DNA of 41,453 nucleotides from Spirogloea muscicola (Eukaryota). The DNA is taken from positions 724,654 to 766,106 of the forward strand of contig WELB01000027.1 in NCBI GenBank assembly GCA_009602725.1, given 5' to 3'. Below, piece by piece: positions 11,990 through 24,133 of this stretch; position 1 is the stretch's first letter; the number at the start of each line of letters is the position of its first letter. The position numbers and the translations under genes were made by a program. The notes under the pieces were generated by a model. The model made no database searches and was not told the DNA's origin. It saw only the letters and a list, made by a program, of their open reading frames with translations.

Positions 11990-12891
11990 ACGTTGCCGCC
12001 GCCTGCGCCGTGCCACTGCCCGCACTCGCCGCCGCTGGTCGCCGCGTTGCCGCCGCCGGCCGCCGCCGCTCCAGCTGCCCTTGCTGACTTCTCCTCTAGT
12101 AGTGTACAGAAATGATACCACCAGCCAACGATTTCATATTACTCAAATGACCACTAAGTAGATTCGTGGACGGCCTGCATGTTTCCTTGTCGGCAGACAA
12201 GTTGATAGCACCTGCTCAAGTGCTGCAGAGACCACAACATGGCCTCAAATTATGGCCTCTCATACTCATGCAACTCGATGGACACCAGCGGTTTTTGTGT
12301 TGCGGCTGTGTTCATTTAGTTGCAAATGGAACTCCAAGTCTGCAATGGATCACACTTTCGGGAAAGTGTGGTTGTTGTCACGTCTTCAGGAAGTATGATG
12401 CAGTTCTCAGCCTTTTGCTACTTGTGTGGGAGCCAGCCAGTTCTGAAAAGCCATAAGTTGCTAACTGCTGCAGCACTGAAAACAACTGGCAACCCCTGTG
12501 AGGATCACTGCACCCTGGCCTCCAATATCTCTTGTGCAGAAGTGGGTCACTACTGCTTCTGCAGAACACTGATGCATCTTTTAGTGCGCAGTTCAGACTA
12601 CTTAGCAGCATACGTGATTCTACTAGTAAATGTCAGGGGTACAATCTGCCACCAACCGTCTGCTGCTTTATGAGCATGTTAAACACAACTTTGTAAGCAG
12701 CATGGCAAGATGGGATCTCTTGTTCGTATGGCACAACATGGCTTGCATCATTAAAGTGGACCTCAACAACCTGCAACAGCAGCTTACACACAACGGCCCC
12801 AGTTGAAAGTATTGCCGGCAGCCCATCGAGCTGTACTCAAAGTTATGCATGTGACCATGACCTGACCATTACACGCAAGTAATCTGTGTTC

Positions 12892-15800
12892 TTAAAGACT
12901 TGGAGTCCTGTGCCCGGCGTTGTACACGCCGCCAAGCTTTGCTACAATGACTCCCCCTGTGCCTGCCTCAGTAGATTCAGAAGAGTAGCCGGCCAGCACG
13001 CGGGCGGCTGCTGCCAGCTGCTGCTCATTGCCGGCCGCCGCTGTCGCCTCCAGAAGAGTGTGCGGTGGATCACCTTGCACCTGGGGCAGGCACACAATCT
13101 CAGGAGCTTGACAAAAAGGCTAGACTGAATATTCATTTCACACCTGACAGTGGCAGGCCACTATGCATATTCTAAGACTGACCTGCCTCAAGACATACAT
13201 TAAGTGAAGCTGAAACATGCTTTGCTCAGAGTGCATGCTTTTGTGCAGAGTGCCCCGCGCGTCCAGTATAGATCAGACTGACAGTGGTGGTGCACTATCA
13301 AGACCCAAGTCAAGCCACAAGCATACCCACAAGCACGTCTGATCACATGGTGCACGTTCTCAGGGTCACGATGATACAATGCATAATTTTCCACGGCGAC
13401 TAACGATGGCAGAGAAGGTGCAAGACAGCAGCACCAGCCCAGCGGACCTGGTGGCGGTGTATGTGACGGAGAGCGGCAAGCGGCTGGTGGGTTGCCAGGA
13501 GCGCAGCCGCGTACTCCCGATGGGCGCCCAGCCGCCGCAGCATGCCGAGACCCGCGCGTGCAAGCGGCGCGCCGAGTTGGAGGAGCTCGTTCGCGACCTC
13601 CACAGAGGGCTCAACAATCTGCGCCCTAAACAGAACACATGTAAGTGTTTAACAAACAAACCTGGCAGTTGACTCATCAGAGCTCCTAAGAACTCTTCAC
13701 AATGTACCCCAAACTCTTTTGTGAGAAGGCTGTATATGCCAACAAAAGTAGCAATTGCAGGATTTCAATTCAACACCTATACTGATGACTAATCATACCT
13801 TGCGGCACTGCTTGCTTTACATCAGCGACAGCAACCAAACTTGGACTGAACAAATATACGTGATCTGAGAATACGTATACCTAGGACATGCATACAGAAA
13901 TTCATGGTTATGGAATAGATTACATAAATAACGAGAATCTAGGTCCAGCACTGGGGACGGCTCATACGATCAAATACGACAGTGCTGACCTGCTGCTCAA
14001 TGCTCATGAGGAGCTTGTGCTCCTGACCATTGCGATGCAGCAGCTCAACAAGGAGGCAGTAAGCGACGGGCGGGAGTGGCAGCATCACTGCCGCGCAGCT
14101 GCACGAAGGAGCAAGGCAATGAGCAGCTGCTCTGTCATATGCAGATCAGGACCAAGCAACTGCTCCAATAGCACAGGTAGCATGCAAGCAACTTCGAGTT
14201 ACAAGCTGACTGCCAAGCACAGGCTGGCAGTCAAATAAACTGCAACTGGAAGCACATAAATTAAGCTAGACAAGCTAGTCAAGCTTGAGTAGGTCTGCTT
14301 GGTCCTCTCTGGACGCATTTGGCACGCAAATGGCTTGTGTGGTGCTCTGTTGCTTGCGACTGACTGGACAAAGCATGTGCTATTGACACAAAAAGTTCTC
14401 AAGTAGGAATGGCATCTTGAGGCAGGCTTTGCTGGTCACAAGGATGCTTAAGGTGCATGGGTTAGGCTCAATTCCGCATTTTGGCCCCAGCATCAATGTT
14501 TGCAACTATCTAGGACTTGAATTGTAAACAAAACCATCAAGGCTAAAGTAAGAAATATATAGAGTTCCTTTAAGAGTCCCACCTTCGGACGTACTCGAGA
14601 ATGACAGCGGCCTTGTAGGTTGCATCCTCTGTCACCCCCACAACCTCCTGCACCACCTCAGCAGGGCTCACCGCCGGCGAGATGACCATCCAGACGCCCT
14701 CTTTGCGGCCGCTACCACCACCGGTCCGGCCCTTGGCCGCGCTGCCAGCTGGGGCCGTGAGGTTGTGGCCGCCACTGCTGCCTCTGCTAGTCGAACCGGC
14801 CTCAGAGACGACGTCCGAGAACGTCACCCGGGCATCGGCCTCCGAACCCTCGCCGTCACTTGGGCACCAGTACTCATGGTGGATATCCTCCTCATGCGCC
14901 GCACAGAACTGCGGCGCGGCTGCCGCAGTGCCGGCGGAGCTCCTGCCTGACGATCCATTCTCGGCCGCCGACCTCGCAGCATCCCTCGCTTTCTCTGCCG
15001 TCCCGGACTTTCTGCCGCTGGTGCTGGCTGTACCAATGTCCAGCGCTCGCTCGCTTGTTGTGGTACTCGGCAACGGCAGGGTCTCCATCGAGCGAGCTGA
15101 TTCTGCTGATTCGGCTGGAAAGGGCCAGGACTCTCAAGCCACAGTTTAGCTGCAGCATGGTCATCCCTAGCACCTGTGGGAGTTTGCATGTGCGGAGGTC
15201 AAGGATGTCGGAGGTGCATGGAGAGAGTGAGGTGCGACTCTTGAGTGTCCAAGGAGAGGGGGGGGACTCTTACAGACAGGATCAGAAAGCACTCAGTCCT
15301 AATTGTCAACCATCAATTGACTTACATCATGACATGCTGGGCATGCCCATCTAAGTGACGAGCAATAGCATGACTCTGACTTTAGGGTTAAGTTTTAGGG
15401 TTTAGGGTTTGGGGTTTTAGCTTATTGGAGTTACCTGTGCCACGGGCCGGCGCTACCAACAAGAGTTGCGCGCCGACGGCCTTGGAAGTGGTTGCAAATG
15501 CAGAGGCCAAGACCGTCATCGCCGCAGAGACTGCCGGCAGCGGCGTCCGCTCCGCCACCATTGACCTCAGCACAACAATTGACAGCTCTTTGGCCTGATA
15601 CAGTCATAGGCGTATGTCAAAGGTAGGTCCACAGTGACCATCAGCTTGTACAGCTCCTTTGCACAGCAAGCTCAATGGTGCGTAGAATTAAGGACATCAA
15701 TAGTTGAGGACATGAAGCTGACCGCCACGACGTCTGCCCTGCGCCGCTGGAGGAAACTCAGCAGCGTGCTCTGATTGGAGCAGCTCGCTGCAATCGCCTG

Positions 15801-18800
15801 CAATAGACATTGACGAGCAGGAGCGACACCGTAAGTTGATGGCCAGAGCTAAGAGTGCAGGACTCCAACGTTATAGTGTGCTGCACATCCAGCTGCAATA
15901 GGGGTCATTAAACCATCTAACATCATTACATAATTAAGTAACAGGAGCACAAATTGAGGTTTAACTTGATGAGCCTTCTAGACACAAGGGTTCAGTGTCT
16001 TGAGTACATGACACTAAAGCCTAAACCTCCGAGAAGTAAAGCAGTAACAAATATCTGAAGATGCAGGATCACTGAGCCTATTTAACATTTTACACAGTAC
16101 ATGAACCGGTCTACTTTGTCACCTCAAAATGACCCAAGACAGACTGCAAGCTGCTAGCTGTATGAAGGTGCCAAGCTGAGAGCTCGCACTCTGAGGTCAA
16201 GGTGCAGCCGCCAGAGGAGGCCTTTCCGATGGTCCAGGATAAGGTCCGGATTCAGGAACACCCAGCCACCAGAGTACAGCTGACCACTCCTGGCTGTGCC
16301 GTTGGCTCCATCTCGGTCCCCGCTGTGAAGCTCGTCACGAGCAGCCCAGCGGCGTCTGTGGGCTGTGCCGCAGTCGCTGGAGCACTCCTCGTCAGAGAGC
16401 GCGGAGCTGTCAGCGTCGTAGCTTACGGAGCCGCCGCCGTTGCCGAAGGGGGCCGAGTCGCTGTCGCATCGGCTGTTTGCATTGCCAAGTTTTCCAATTG
16501 CTGACACACGCTCTGCTCCATTCTCATGGATCCTGAGGGTATCGGCTGATGCAGCAGGACCGAGGGCGTCGCCGGCCTCGCCGAAGAGGACGGCCGGACG
16601 CGGAGGAGCCGGCTGCTGGAAGGCAGCGGAGGGTCGCAATGTGAGAGGAAGTGGCGATGTCAGCGGTTGCACATCTGCAACGGCAAAGAGGTCGTAGAGC
16701 AGGACGACGCCCGAGTCCGTCTGGTGCAAGAGGAGCACGTTGTCGACCACGCTGACAGCAACGTGCGGCGAGTACAGCACCACCGTGCCCTGCACACAAT
16801 AGCAAGACCTTCTGTCAGCACGTCAGCTCAGAAACTAAATAATACATCCCACACATAAGTGTGCAATTTCACTGAGGTCTTGAGCGATCTGGTGAGCTTT
16901 TCCAAGGATATCCGACTTTCGGGCCTAAACCCTCACTGCTTAAGCCAATCCAGGACGAAGCTAACCTAAGGGGCTAGCTACAACATGACGCTTCAAATAT
17001 TTGCACCCATGCCTAAGCGCTATATCTCATTTATATTGCAGATTGAAATGTCAATGTGGATATATATTGGCCCTTAAGAATGCCAGAACCGGAACCAGTA
17101 AGACCTGCGCTGCACAATTCTCCCAAACTCGAGAAAGAGCTGACAGCCTCACCAAGTCCTGCACTGTGAGTTTTACCAGACTAAACCACCAGCAATCTTG
17201 TGCACGAGTCTTAGCAGTGTAGGGCTTCGAGGCAATATACCTGGTGGACAACTGCATCGCAGTAGAACCGAAAGATGTGGAGCTGTAACGCCTGGCGATC
17301 CACCTGCAAGCAGTAGAGCCTTCCGTACCTGCAGCAGCATTGTCAAGTGTTGGTGACACGCTAAGACTAAGAAGCAAAGTGAACTAAGTATACTGAGACT
17401 GGAGCTCCCACTCCCAGAAGCTGACGGAGCTGGTAACTACGTATGAGGGTTTTAAGAGTAGAATTTATTATGTTGGACGTAAGCAGGCTGGTCAAGAGTG
17501 GAGCAGAGGAGCCCTGACATGGTGGTGATGCGGACATCCTCAGAGGCAAGGGCCAAGCGCGGGCTGGCGCCGCCAAGCGTTGCCGCCATTGTGGTGTGGG
17601 ACTTGGTGACCTTCGCCTCAAATTTGGGGACCTTAGTGTGGCCGCCCGCAGCGAACTGCAATTATCATATCCAAGGTGGAGCAGTCTAAGCTTCTTGCAA
17701 GAGACAAACCGACCTGCTTTACAAGCCTCGTGAGAGCCCGTTGGTGAGAGGCTGGGACCAGTTCGCGACCTCGCCAGGGTCAACTGATAGCTTGAAAAAT
17801 GACGTAGTTTTTACCACCACGACTGAGAACACCAGAACTCCAGATCCGGCATGCTAACAAGACATATGCGGACCTGATATGCGGAGAGGGTGCGGCAGAG
17901 GGGCCCCGTCGCAAGGAGCACAAGTCTGCTTTCGTGCGTGTACACGAACCAGGCCACGTCCCCCTTCTTGTGATCCACCAGCCGGAGCCCAGCCTTGCTC
18001 AGGAGTAGCATATATAGCTCCAGGCCGCTGCAAGCCATAACTTTTATTTAGGCAGCTGAAAGACACAATACATTCTTGACACATGAGAATCCTCTGATGG
18101 GAATCCTGGTTGACAGGAGACAGTCTCAGAGTTGTCTAGGCAGGCGGGAATTATGCGCAACAAAAGGAGGAGCGAAGCAACTGCTTTGTCACAGCATCTT
18201 GAAGCTATGTCTCGGAAGGAAATAACTGTCTGCAGAGCTGAGCCATGAACCTCGGCCCCAAATTTCCTGAACCCTAAGCTATACCCACATGCAACTCCTG
18301 AACCCTTGTGCCTTGACTTAAGTGGCTAATATTAAACCCTAGGATCTGCCTACAACTAGAGCTGAAGCTTGCGTCTACTTAGCAAGGACGCAGAGGTCCA
18401 GATTCCAGTATCCTGCTGACGGTAAGTGCAGGTCTGCTTACTTGGACGTGACGAAGACGAGGTCGCAGATGGATGAGTCGGACCAGAAGAAGCCGAGTAT
18501 CCGGGCGCCATGCCGGCACCGCTGCCGGAAGGTCGTGCAGCTGGCGCGGTTGACAAACTCCACCTCGACCGCGCTGCGCTGCACGGCCAGGATCGACCGG
18601 TCCAGCGAGAAGCGGACGGCGAGCACCGGCCCGTCGGCGATGGGGCAGACGGCGGGCAGCGGCGAGAGTGCCGGGTCCTGGTTCACGGGCCACGAGTAGA
18701 TCTGGCGCATACGTGCCAATGTGGTCAGAAGTAATAAGTCCCAAAGTAATTCAACCCAAAGCCCGAAATGTACCTAAGTCATAGTTATGGGCAACGCTTG

Positions 18801-19066
18801 GTCCTGACGTGTGGCCACTGTGCAACGAAGCCAATCGGCGCATACGACATGCAGCCTCTACCAAATAAAACAAAGGCCCCGTGTGGAGGAGATGGGGTTT
18901 GAACCCATGATCTGATAGTAAATTTGTCATTTACCTTGCTCTGCAAGGACACGAGGAGCAGGCGGTTGCCCTCGTCGTACATGACGCCGGCGGCGCCGGG
19001 GATGTCGAAGCGCAGCGGCGGCTGCAGGATGTAGACGTGCGAGAACTGCTGGGCGCCCTCCTCCCC

Positions 19067-19099
<33 letters not shown>

Positions 19100-19132
19100 T
19101 CCGCCACCGCGGTCGCCGTCGGGAGCGTCCAT
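12892..19132 (-). CDS. RMC1: Regulator of MON1-CCZ1 complex (RMC1/Mic1/C18orf8 homologue), 12 exons
   Basis: Exons (-): 19132-18935, 18701-18442, 18027-17874, 17655-17519, 17328-17241, 16789-16190, 15797-15723, 15594-15435, 15114-14583, 14098-13990, 13618-13448, 13080-12892, all GT-AG with compatible phases. Motifs: SHVYILQPPLRF..YDEGNRLLL, VRFSLDRSILAVQRS, ILGFFW, YTHESRLVLLA, YGRLYC, AVSVVDNVLLLHQ, W.FLNPDLILD, LSFLQRR, ILEYVRS, GLGMLRRL (Mic1 domain). Confidence 0.9.
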
Positions 19133-19283
19133 GCCGCCTCCAAGCCCAGTGCCGCAGTCTCAGCGGTCGTCTGCTTTGGCCATCGCCGTCAATGGCAGGC
19201 CGGCAGGCTGCCGGCGACGAAGGCGGCGGCGTACGCGGCTCCTGGGGCGTCCAGGCAGTGCGGCGATGGCGCCACTGGCGCCG

Positions 19284-19374
19284 TCATCCCTTGCTCTTGA
19301 GCTGCAATCCATTGAGAAACTCGAGTCATTGGAACTGGCATAGCCATTCCATGCTCGAAACGGCCGCGCCGGAA

Positions 19375-19417
<43 letters not shown>

Positions 19418-19576
19418 GGGCGACCTGGAGCTGCATGCAAGCCCTGAGGGCGCTGAACTCGGCCTCGCACGCGCCGGCCTCGATGCCCGGCACCTTGCCC
19501 GCCACGCAGCGGCCATACGCCTGCATCTGCGGCGCCGACGGCGGGGCGGCCAGGCCGNAGGCGACGCGGGCGGCAT
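19284..19576 (-). CDS. NDUFAF8: NDUFAF8-like small mitochondrial CX9C protein (complex I assembly factor)
   Basis: ATG at 19576 (gccgccATG; MPPASP..), interrupted by the N at 19558, then QMQAYGRCVAGKVPGIEAGACEAEFSALRACMQLQ. Intron 19424-19302 (GT-AG); last exon LKSKG* 19301-19284. The pattern YGxCV...C..EF.AL..CM matches my recollection of this family. The first Cys is not visible because of the gap. Confidence 0.72.
19379..19415. repeat. (CGG/GCC)n trinucleotide tract; similar tracts lie near the 5' ends of most genes
   Basis: Direct reading. Others at ~515-535, 19069-19099, 25752-25772 and 35118-35156. Confidence 0.85.
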
Positions 19577-19974
19577 GGCCGCCGCCGCGCGGGCCCGCCG
19601 CGACACGCGCCGGAGCCCTCGCCAGAAAGAAAGAAGAATATGGCTGCTGATAATAAATCAAAAAGTAAGGAATAGAATAAACAAATAACTAGAGCAGCTC
19701 ATTTCGGCCCCATGTCAATTCTTTTACATCTCTTTTCTCCGTCACGTCAGTCAGCATACCACAGGGCGTCGATTTATGCAGCCTTGTTCATTTTTCTGCT
19801 TCAGGTTTTGCCTGAACAAAAATAATGGCTTGGGAGTGGCCTCCCTATCGTCAGTCTCGGTCGTGGCGCCTCGCAGCCGAGCCTGTCGTCGTCGGCGTCC
19901 GCCTGGCCCGCAGCAGCCGCAGCGGCGGCGGCTGGTGCGGCTGTGACGGCGACGGCCTTCGTCCTCGACGGGGC

Positions 19975-21097
19975 ATGGCCGAGATCCCGCTGGAGCCGCA
20001 CCGCCGGGCGCTGACGCTCCTGCTCTTCGCTGACGTGACCAACGGCAGGTGACGGCTGCGCCAGGCCAAAGGCCGTCTGCTCTCGAGCGACAGGCAGGCG
20101 TTCGAGTCCTGCCGGCCCGACTGACTCCGGAGGCTCGGCTGCATCGCGCCGGCGCAGCGAGCTGCTGCGGCAGCTGCAGTCTGGCGAGCTGCAGCCGGAG
20201 GTGGCGCTCCTCGACGCGTCGCTGGTGAGCCTCGACATGGGCACCTTCGTCGAGCCGCCGAGTTTTGGGCTGCGCCTGGACGTCGACCATGCAGGAAGGC
20301 GTCTCTCTCAAGGCTTAAGTGGCGGCCGTCAATGCAGGTTCCGGGCGTCTTCCCAGTCTTGGCGGCTGCCCACAAGGCCGTGGTTGCGCAGGACCGCGGT
20401 GCATTGCGGACCCGCACGCTGCACTCAGAGATCGTGTACAACTACGCCGCGTCCAAACACGTAAATCTACTGCAGCCTGAGCTTGTTTCCAGTCCCAAGA
20501 AGTGCCCATATCATAGACCTGACTATAAACTCGTACTCCTAAGGCTCCCGCCTCGCAACGTTCTGCTCAACGTTATTGAGGTCAATGGCTCTCAAAGGTC
20601 TTCATTTCGCGGTGGCGAGCCCAGATTCGGGAGTCACTCCAGCGGCTTGGCATCAACACCCGCACCACAGACGTCCTCGTTGGCTGCTGCGATTGCACAC
20701 CAGCTGAGGTGCGGATGGCTGGCCCAGGCCTCTGCTACGGCATATCATGATTGGCTGTTGCATACGATATTCTGACCTGTGGTGGGTGCGTGGTCCAGGT
20801 GGCCTCCATCCGAGAGCTGGTGCATGGCCGTGAGCTCCCACTTTCTGAGTTGGCGGCGCGGTGCGACACCGACGCTGTGCGCAAGGTGAGGGCAGCAAAT
20901 CATTTCTGCGGCCGGTGTTGGAAACCTGCGCAGCCGTTGTCTCATGCCAACAGCCATGGTAGGCATCTTCAGTACTTTAAGGCACCTGCCGCGGGAACGG
21001 CACTCAGCTGTACAAGATCACGGAGGCGGAGTTGGAGGCATCATCGCTGGAGGACTGCGTGGTGTGCCGCATCGCAGCTCGAGACTCGTTGACATGA
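19975..21097 (+). CDS. CGI121: EKC/KEOPS complex subunit CGI121/TPRKB, 6 exons
   Basis: Exons: 19975-20048, 20158-20224, 20338-20460, 20625-20708, 20799-20885, 21008-21097. Motifs: LLFADVTNG.ELL, FPVLAAAHKA..LRTRTLHSEIVYNYAASKHIRESLQRLGI, LYKITEAELEASSLEDCVVCRIAARD. Confidence 0.93.
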
Positions 21098-21919
21098 AGG
21101 CCCCGCAGAACTGGAAAGCTCCTCAACGAATTGGAAACCGCCTACATGCCTGACAAAGAGAGCCCTATGGGCGGCCTCTGCTGTGCAGAGCTGCTGGCAA
21201 ATGTCATCGGCATTGCTACAGAGTCAAGAGCAGCATCGAAGTGCCTGCTCAGTGCTTCATCTTAAGCAGGTCCTGGCTCTAGCATCATTGTGCATTTGCT
21301 GCTTATGCAGTCTGCCTGCTATCAGTGCTAGGCTCTTTGAAACAAGTCCTTTGCCGACGCAGCTGGGAGGGAGGCTTCTCCACAAGTCTGTCTGTGACAG
21401 ATCCTGTGCACTATTTGGTAGTCGTTAGCTGCACGAGATTGAGGTGGGCTTGGTCCCAAGTTGTGTGCTTCAGTAACAAAGTCCCCATCTATCAGATATC
21501 ATAGCAGGCACGTTTTAGTCCACATGCTTGAAGCACATTGTGGCTAGTTGACAATGCAGACCATCAGTCGCTAGGATGTAGGGTGGGCCAGTGGAGTCAC
21601 TAGGTACCCATTCTGTATCCACCTTGTTAAAATAAGCCCTAGCTACTGATGGTTTTGTTGTCAATCAATTGTTCATCCTATCCGGAAAAAGGCTGGATGC
21701 ACCGCCAATTCAACAGTCGGGCGTTCATGCGCTATTGCTCATAGAAGCAAATAATTCCTGTGAGTTCGCATCATCATATCTTCTACTCGCTGTAAGTGGG
21801 CAAACAAGACCCGAATTATGCCTTCTGATGCAACAGCACTATGAGTAGGTTAGGCAGTCAGGTAGATTCCTCTGGGGTGAGGACTGTAGACATGCCGACC
21901 TCTACGTGGGAGGCCACTT

Positions 21920-22289
21920 TAGGCATCCTGTTGGAGGCTGGTTTCTCCGTGGCAGCAGAGCACTCCGGAATCATGCCAATCCAGCACAGGGCCGACGGTC
22001 TCCATGCCAGGCGTGTAGACCTGGTGGCCACCCGACAGGCCGGCGGGCCACGTCTTCTCCTGGACGTGGTGACTACTGATGCCTATGACCGCTCACACCC
22101 AGCCAAATGTGCCACCACGGCTGGGTATGCGGTCGCCTGCGCTGCTCGGGCCAAAGAGCTGAAGTACGCGGATCATCCGCGGGAGGACGAGTTCTTCCCG
22201 TTGGCCATCGACACACATGGGGCGCTGGGCGCTCGGTGGCTCGAGCTGCTCACCCAGCTCGCCCGCCACACCATCGCCCGGCGCTTCCA
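21920..22289 (+). mobile_element. Restriction-like endonuclease (RLE) domain of a CRE-like non-LTR retrotransposon, 5'-truncated, running into the gap
   Basis: Open frame RRVDLV..LLLDVVTTD..AARAKELKYAD..FFPLAIDTHGALG..LLTQLAR follows the PD-(D/E)xK RLE pattern R-x-D...D-V...K-x-x-K-Y...F-x-P-x-A-x-D/E-T-x-G. Homologous to the decayed copy at ~8870-9010. Confidence 0.82.
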
Positions 22290-23196
22290 NNNNNNNNNNN
22301 NNNNNNNNNNNNNNNNNNNNNNNNNNNNNNNNNNNNNNNNNNNNNNNNNNNNNNNNNNNNNNNNNNNNNNNNNNNNNNNNNNNNNNNNNNNNNNNNNNNN
22401 NNNNNNNNNNNNNNNNNNNNNNNNNNNNNNNNNNNNNNNNNNNNNNNNNNNNNNNNNNNNNNNNNNNNNNNNNNNNNNNNNNNNNNNNNNNNNNNNNNNN
22501 NNNNNNNNNNNNNNNNNNNNNNNNNNNNNNNNNNNNNNNNNNNNNNNNNNNNNNNNNNNNNNNNNNNNNNNNNNNNNNNNNNNNNNNNNNNNNNNNNNNN
22601 NNNNNNNNNNNNNNNNNNNNNNNNNNNNNNNNNNNNNNNNNNNNNNNNNNNNNNNNNNNNNNNNNNNNNNNNNNNNNNNNNNNNNNNNNNNNNNNNNNNN
22701 NNNNNNNNNNNNNNNNNNNNNNNNNNNNNNNNNNNNNNNNNNNNNNNNNNNNNNNNNNNNNNNNNNNNNNNNNNNNNNNNNNNNNNNNNNNNNNNNNNNN
22801 NNNNNNNNNNNNNNNNNNNNNNNNNNNNNNNNNNNNNNNNNNNNNNNNNNNNNNNNNNNNNNNNNNNNNNNNNNNNNNNNNNNNNNNNNNNNNNNNNNNN
22901 NNNNNNNNNNNNNNNNNNNNNNNNNNNNNNNNNNNNNNNNNNNNNNNNNNNNNNNNNNNNNNNNNNNNNNNNNNNNNNNNNNNNNNNNNNNNNNNNNNNN
23001 NNNNNNNNNNNNNNNNNNNNNNNNNNNNNNNNNNNNNNNNNNNNNNNNNNNNNNNNNNNNNNNNNNNNNNNNNNNNNNNNNNNNNNNNNNNNNNNNNNNN
23101 NNNNNNNNNNNNNNNNNNNNNNNNNNNNNNNNNNNNNNNNNNNNNNNNNNNNNNNNNNNNNNNNNNNNNNNNNNNNNNNNNNNNNNNNNNNNNNNN

Positions 23197-24133
23197 CCGC
23201 GAGGCCGTGCTGGCGGGCGCCGCCGCGGGGCTCCTGCTGGCACTGGCGCCCCCGCCGCCGCCGGCGCGCGCCGACTTCGCGGCGACGTATACCGAGGAGA
23301 CGCGCGAGGTCATCGAGTCGGTCAAGTCCACGCTGAACCTGGAGAAGTCGGACCCCAACAAGGCCGGCGCAGGTGGGCGCCCAACTCTCTCCCTCTGACC
23401 TCCCTCCTCCCTCTCTCTACTTCTCGAGGCTGCTGGCTTGGCAAGGGCAAGCGCCGGACCCACATCACTGCGGAGGCTCGTAACCTTCTTTGGGCCCTGC
23501 CGCTCGGATCCGTCATGCTCGCATCGCTGTCGCCGGTCATACGCCGCTGCGGCATTGCCCGTCGTCCGCTGGCTGCTGCCTCTGCAGCCGACTCCTGGTT
23601 CAACGTAGGGAAATGCGGCTGCTGATATCGAAAGAGTGGCTGTAGAGCCAGCCGTGTGCATGCAGAGAGTGTTCATGACTATATTAGCGGAGCCGCAGGC
23701 TAGGCAGACAGGGCGCTCTTAGTACCTTCGTATCAGCAGCAGACTGACAGACGACTGAGGGACGGGATACTCTCCAGGAGAAGAAGCTCGCTTGACAGCT
23801 TGGCAGCTTATCACCAGACCCGCCGTCTTGGCGCCTCAATGCCCGTCGGTAGTGGTCGTTGGTCATCGCCGCTGACAGTCGCTTGGTGCTGCGTGTCGTC
23901 TTGCTTGCGTAGTGAACTCCCTGCGGGCGCTGTCCAACGGCTGGGTGGCGAAGTATCGGCGCGAGAAGGCGGTGGCGGGCAAGCCCTCGTTCAGCAACAT
24001 GTACTCGGCGCTCAATGCCATCTCGGGCCACTACATCTCCTTTGGCCCGACCTACCCCATCCCCGCCAAGCGCAAGACACGCATCCTCGAGGAGGTGTCT
24101 GACGCGGAGCGCGCACTCGGCCGCGGCCGCTGA
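23197..24133 (+). CDS. PSB27: Photosystem II repair/assembly protein Psb27 (5' end in gap)
   Basis: Exons <23197-23372 and 23913-24133. Thylakoid signal-like REAVLAGAAAGLLLALAPPPPPARA, then YTEETREVI..LNLEKSDPNKAGAVNSLRALSNGWVAKYRREKAVAGKPSFSNMYSALNAISGHYISFGPTYPIPAKRKTRILEEVSDAERALGRGR*. Confidence 0.95.

Noticed and set aside
10670..12161. Long ORFs spanning N runs (also 21841-23676 and 25561-26219)
   Set aside because: Artefacts of translating through assembly gaps; only the flanking segments are interpretable.
18880..18918. tRNA-like T-arm/B-box on the minus strand (atgggttcaaaccccatctcctccac)
   Set aside because: No D-arm, anticodon arm or matching 5' acceptor strand; at most a tRNA/SINE remnant in an RMC1 intron.
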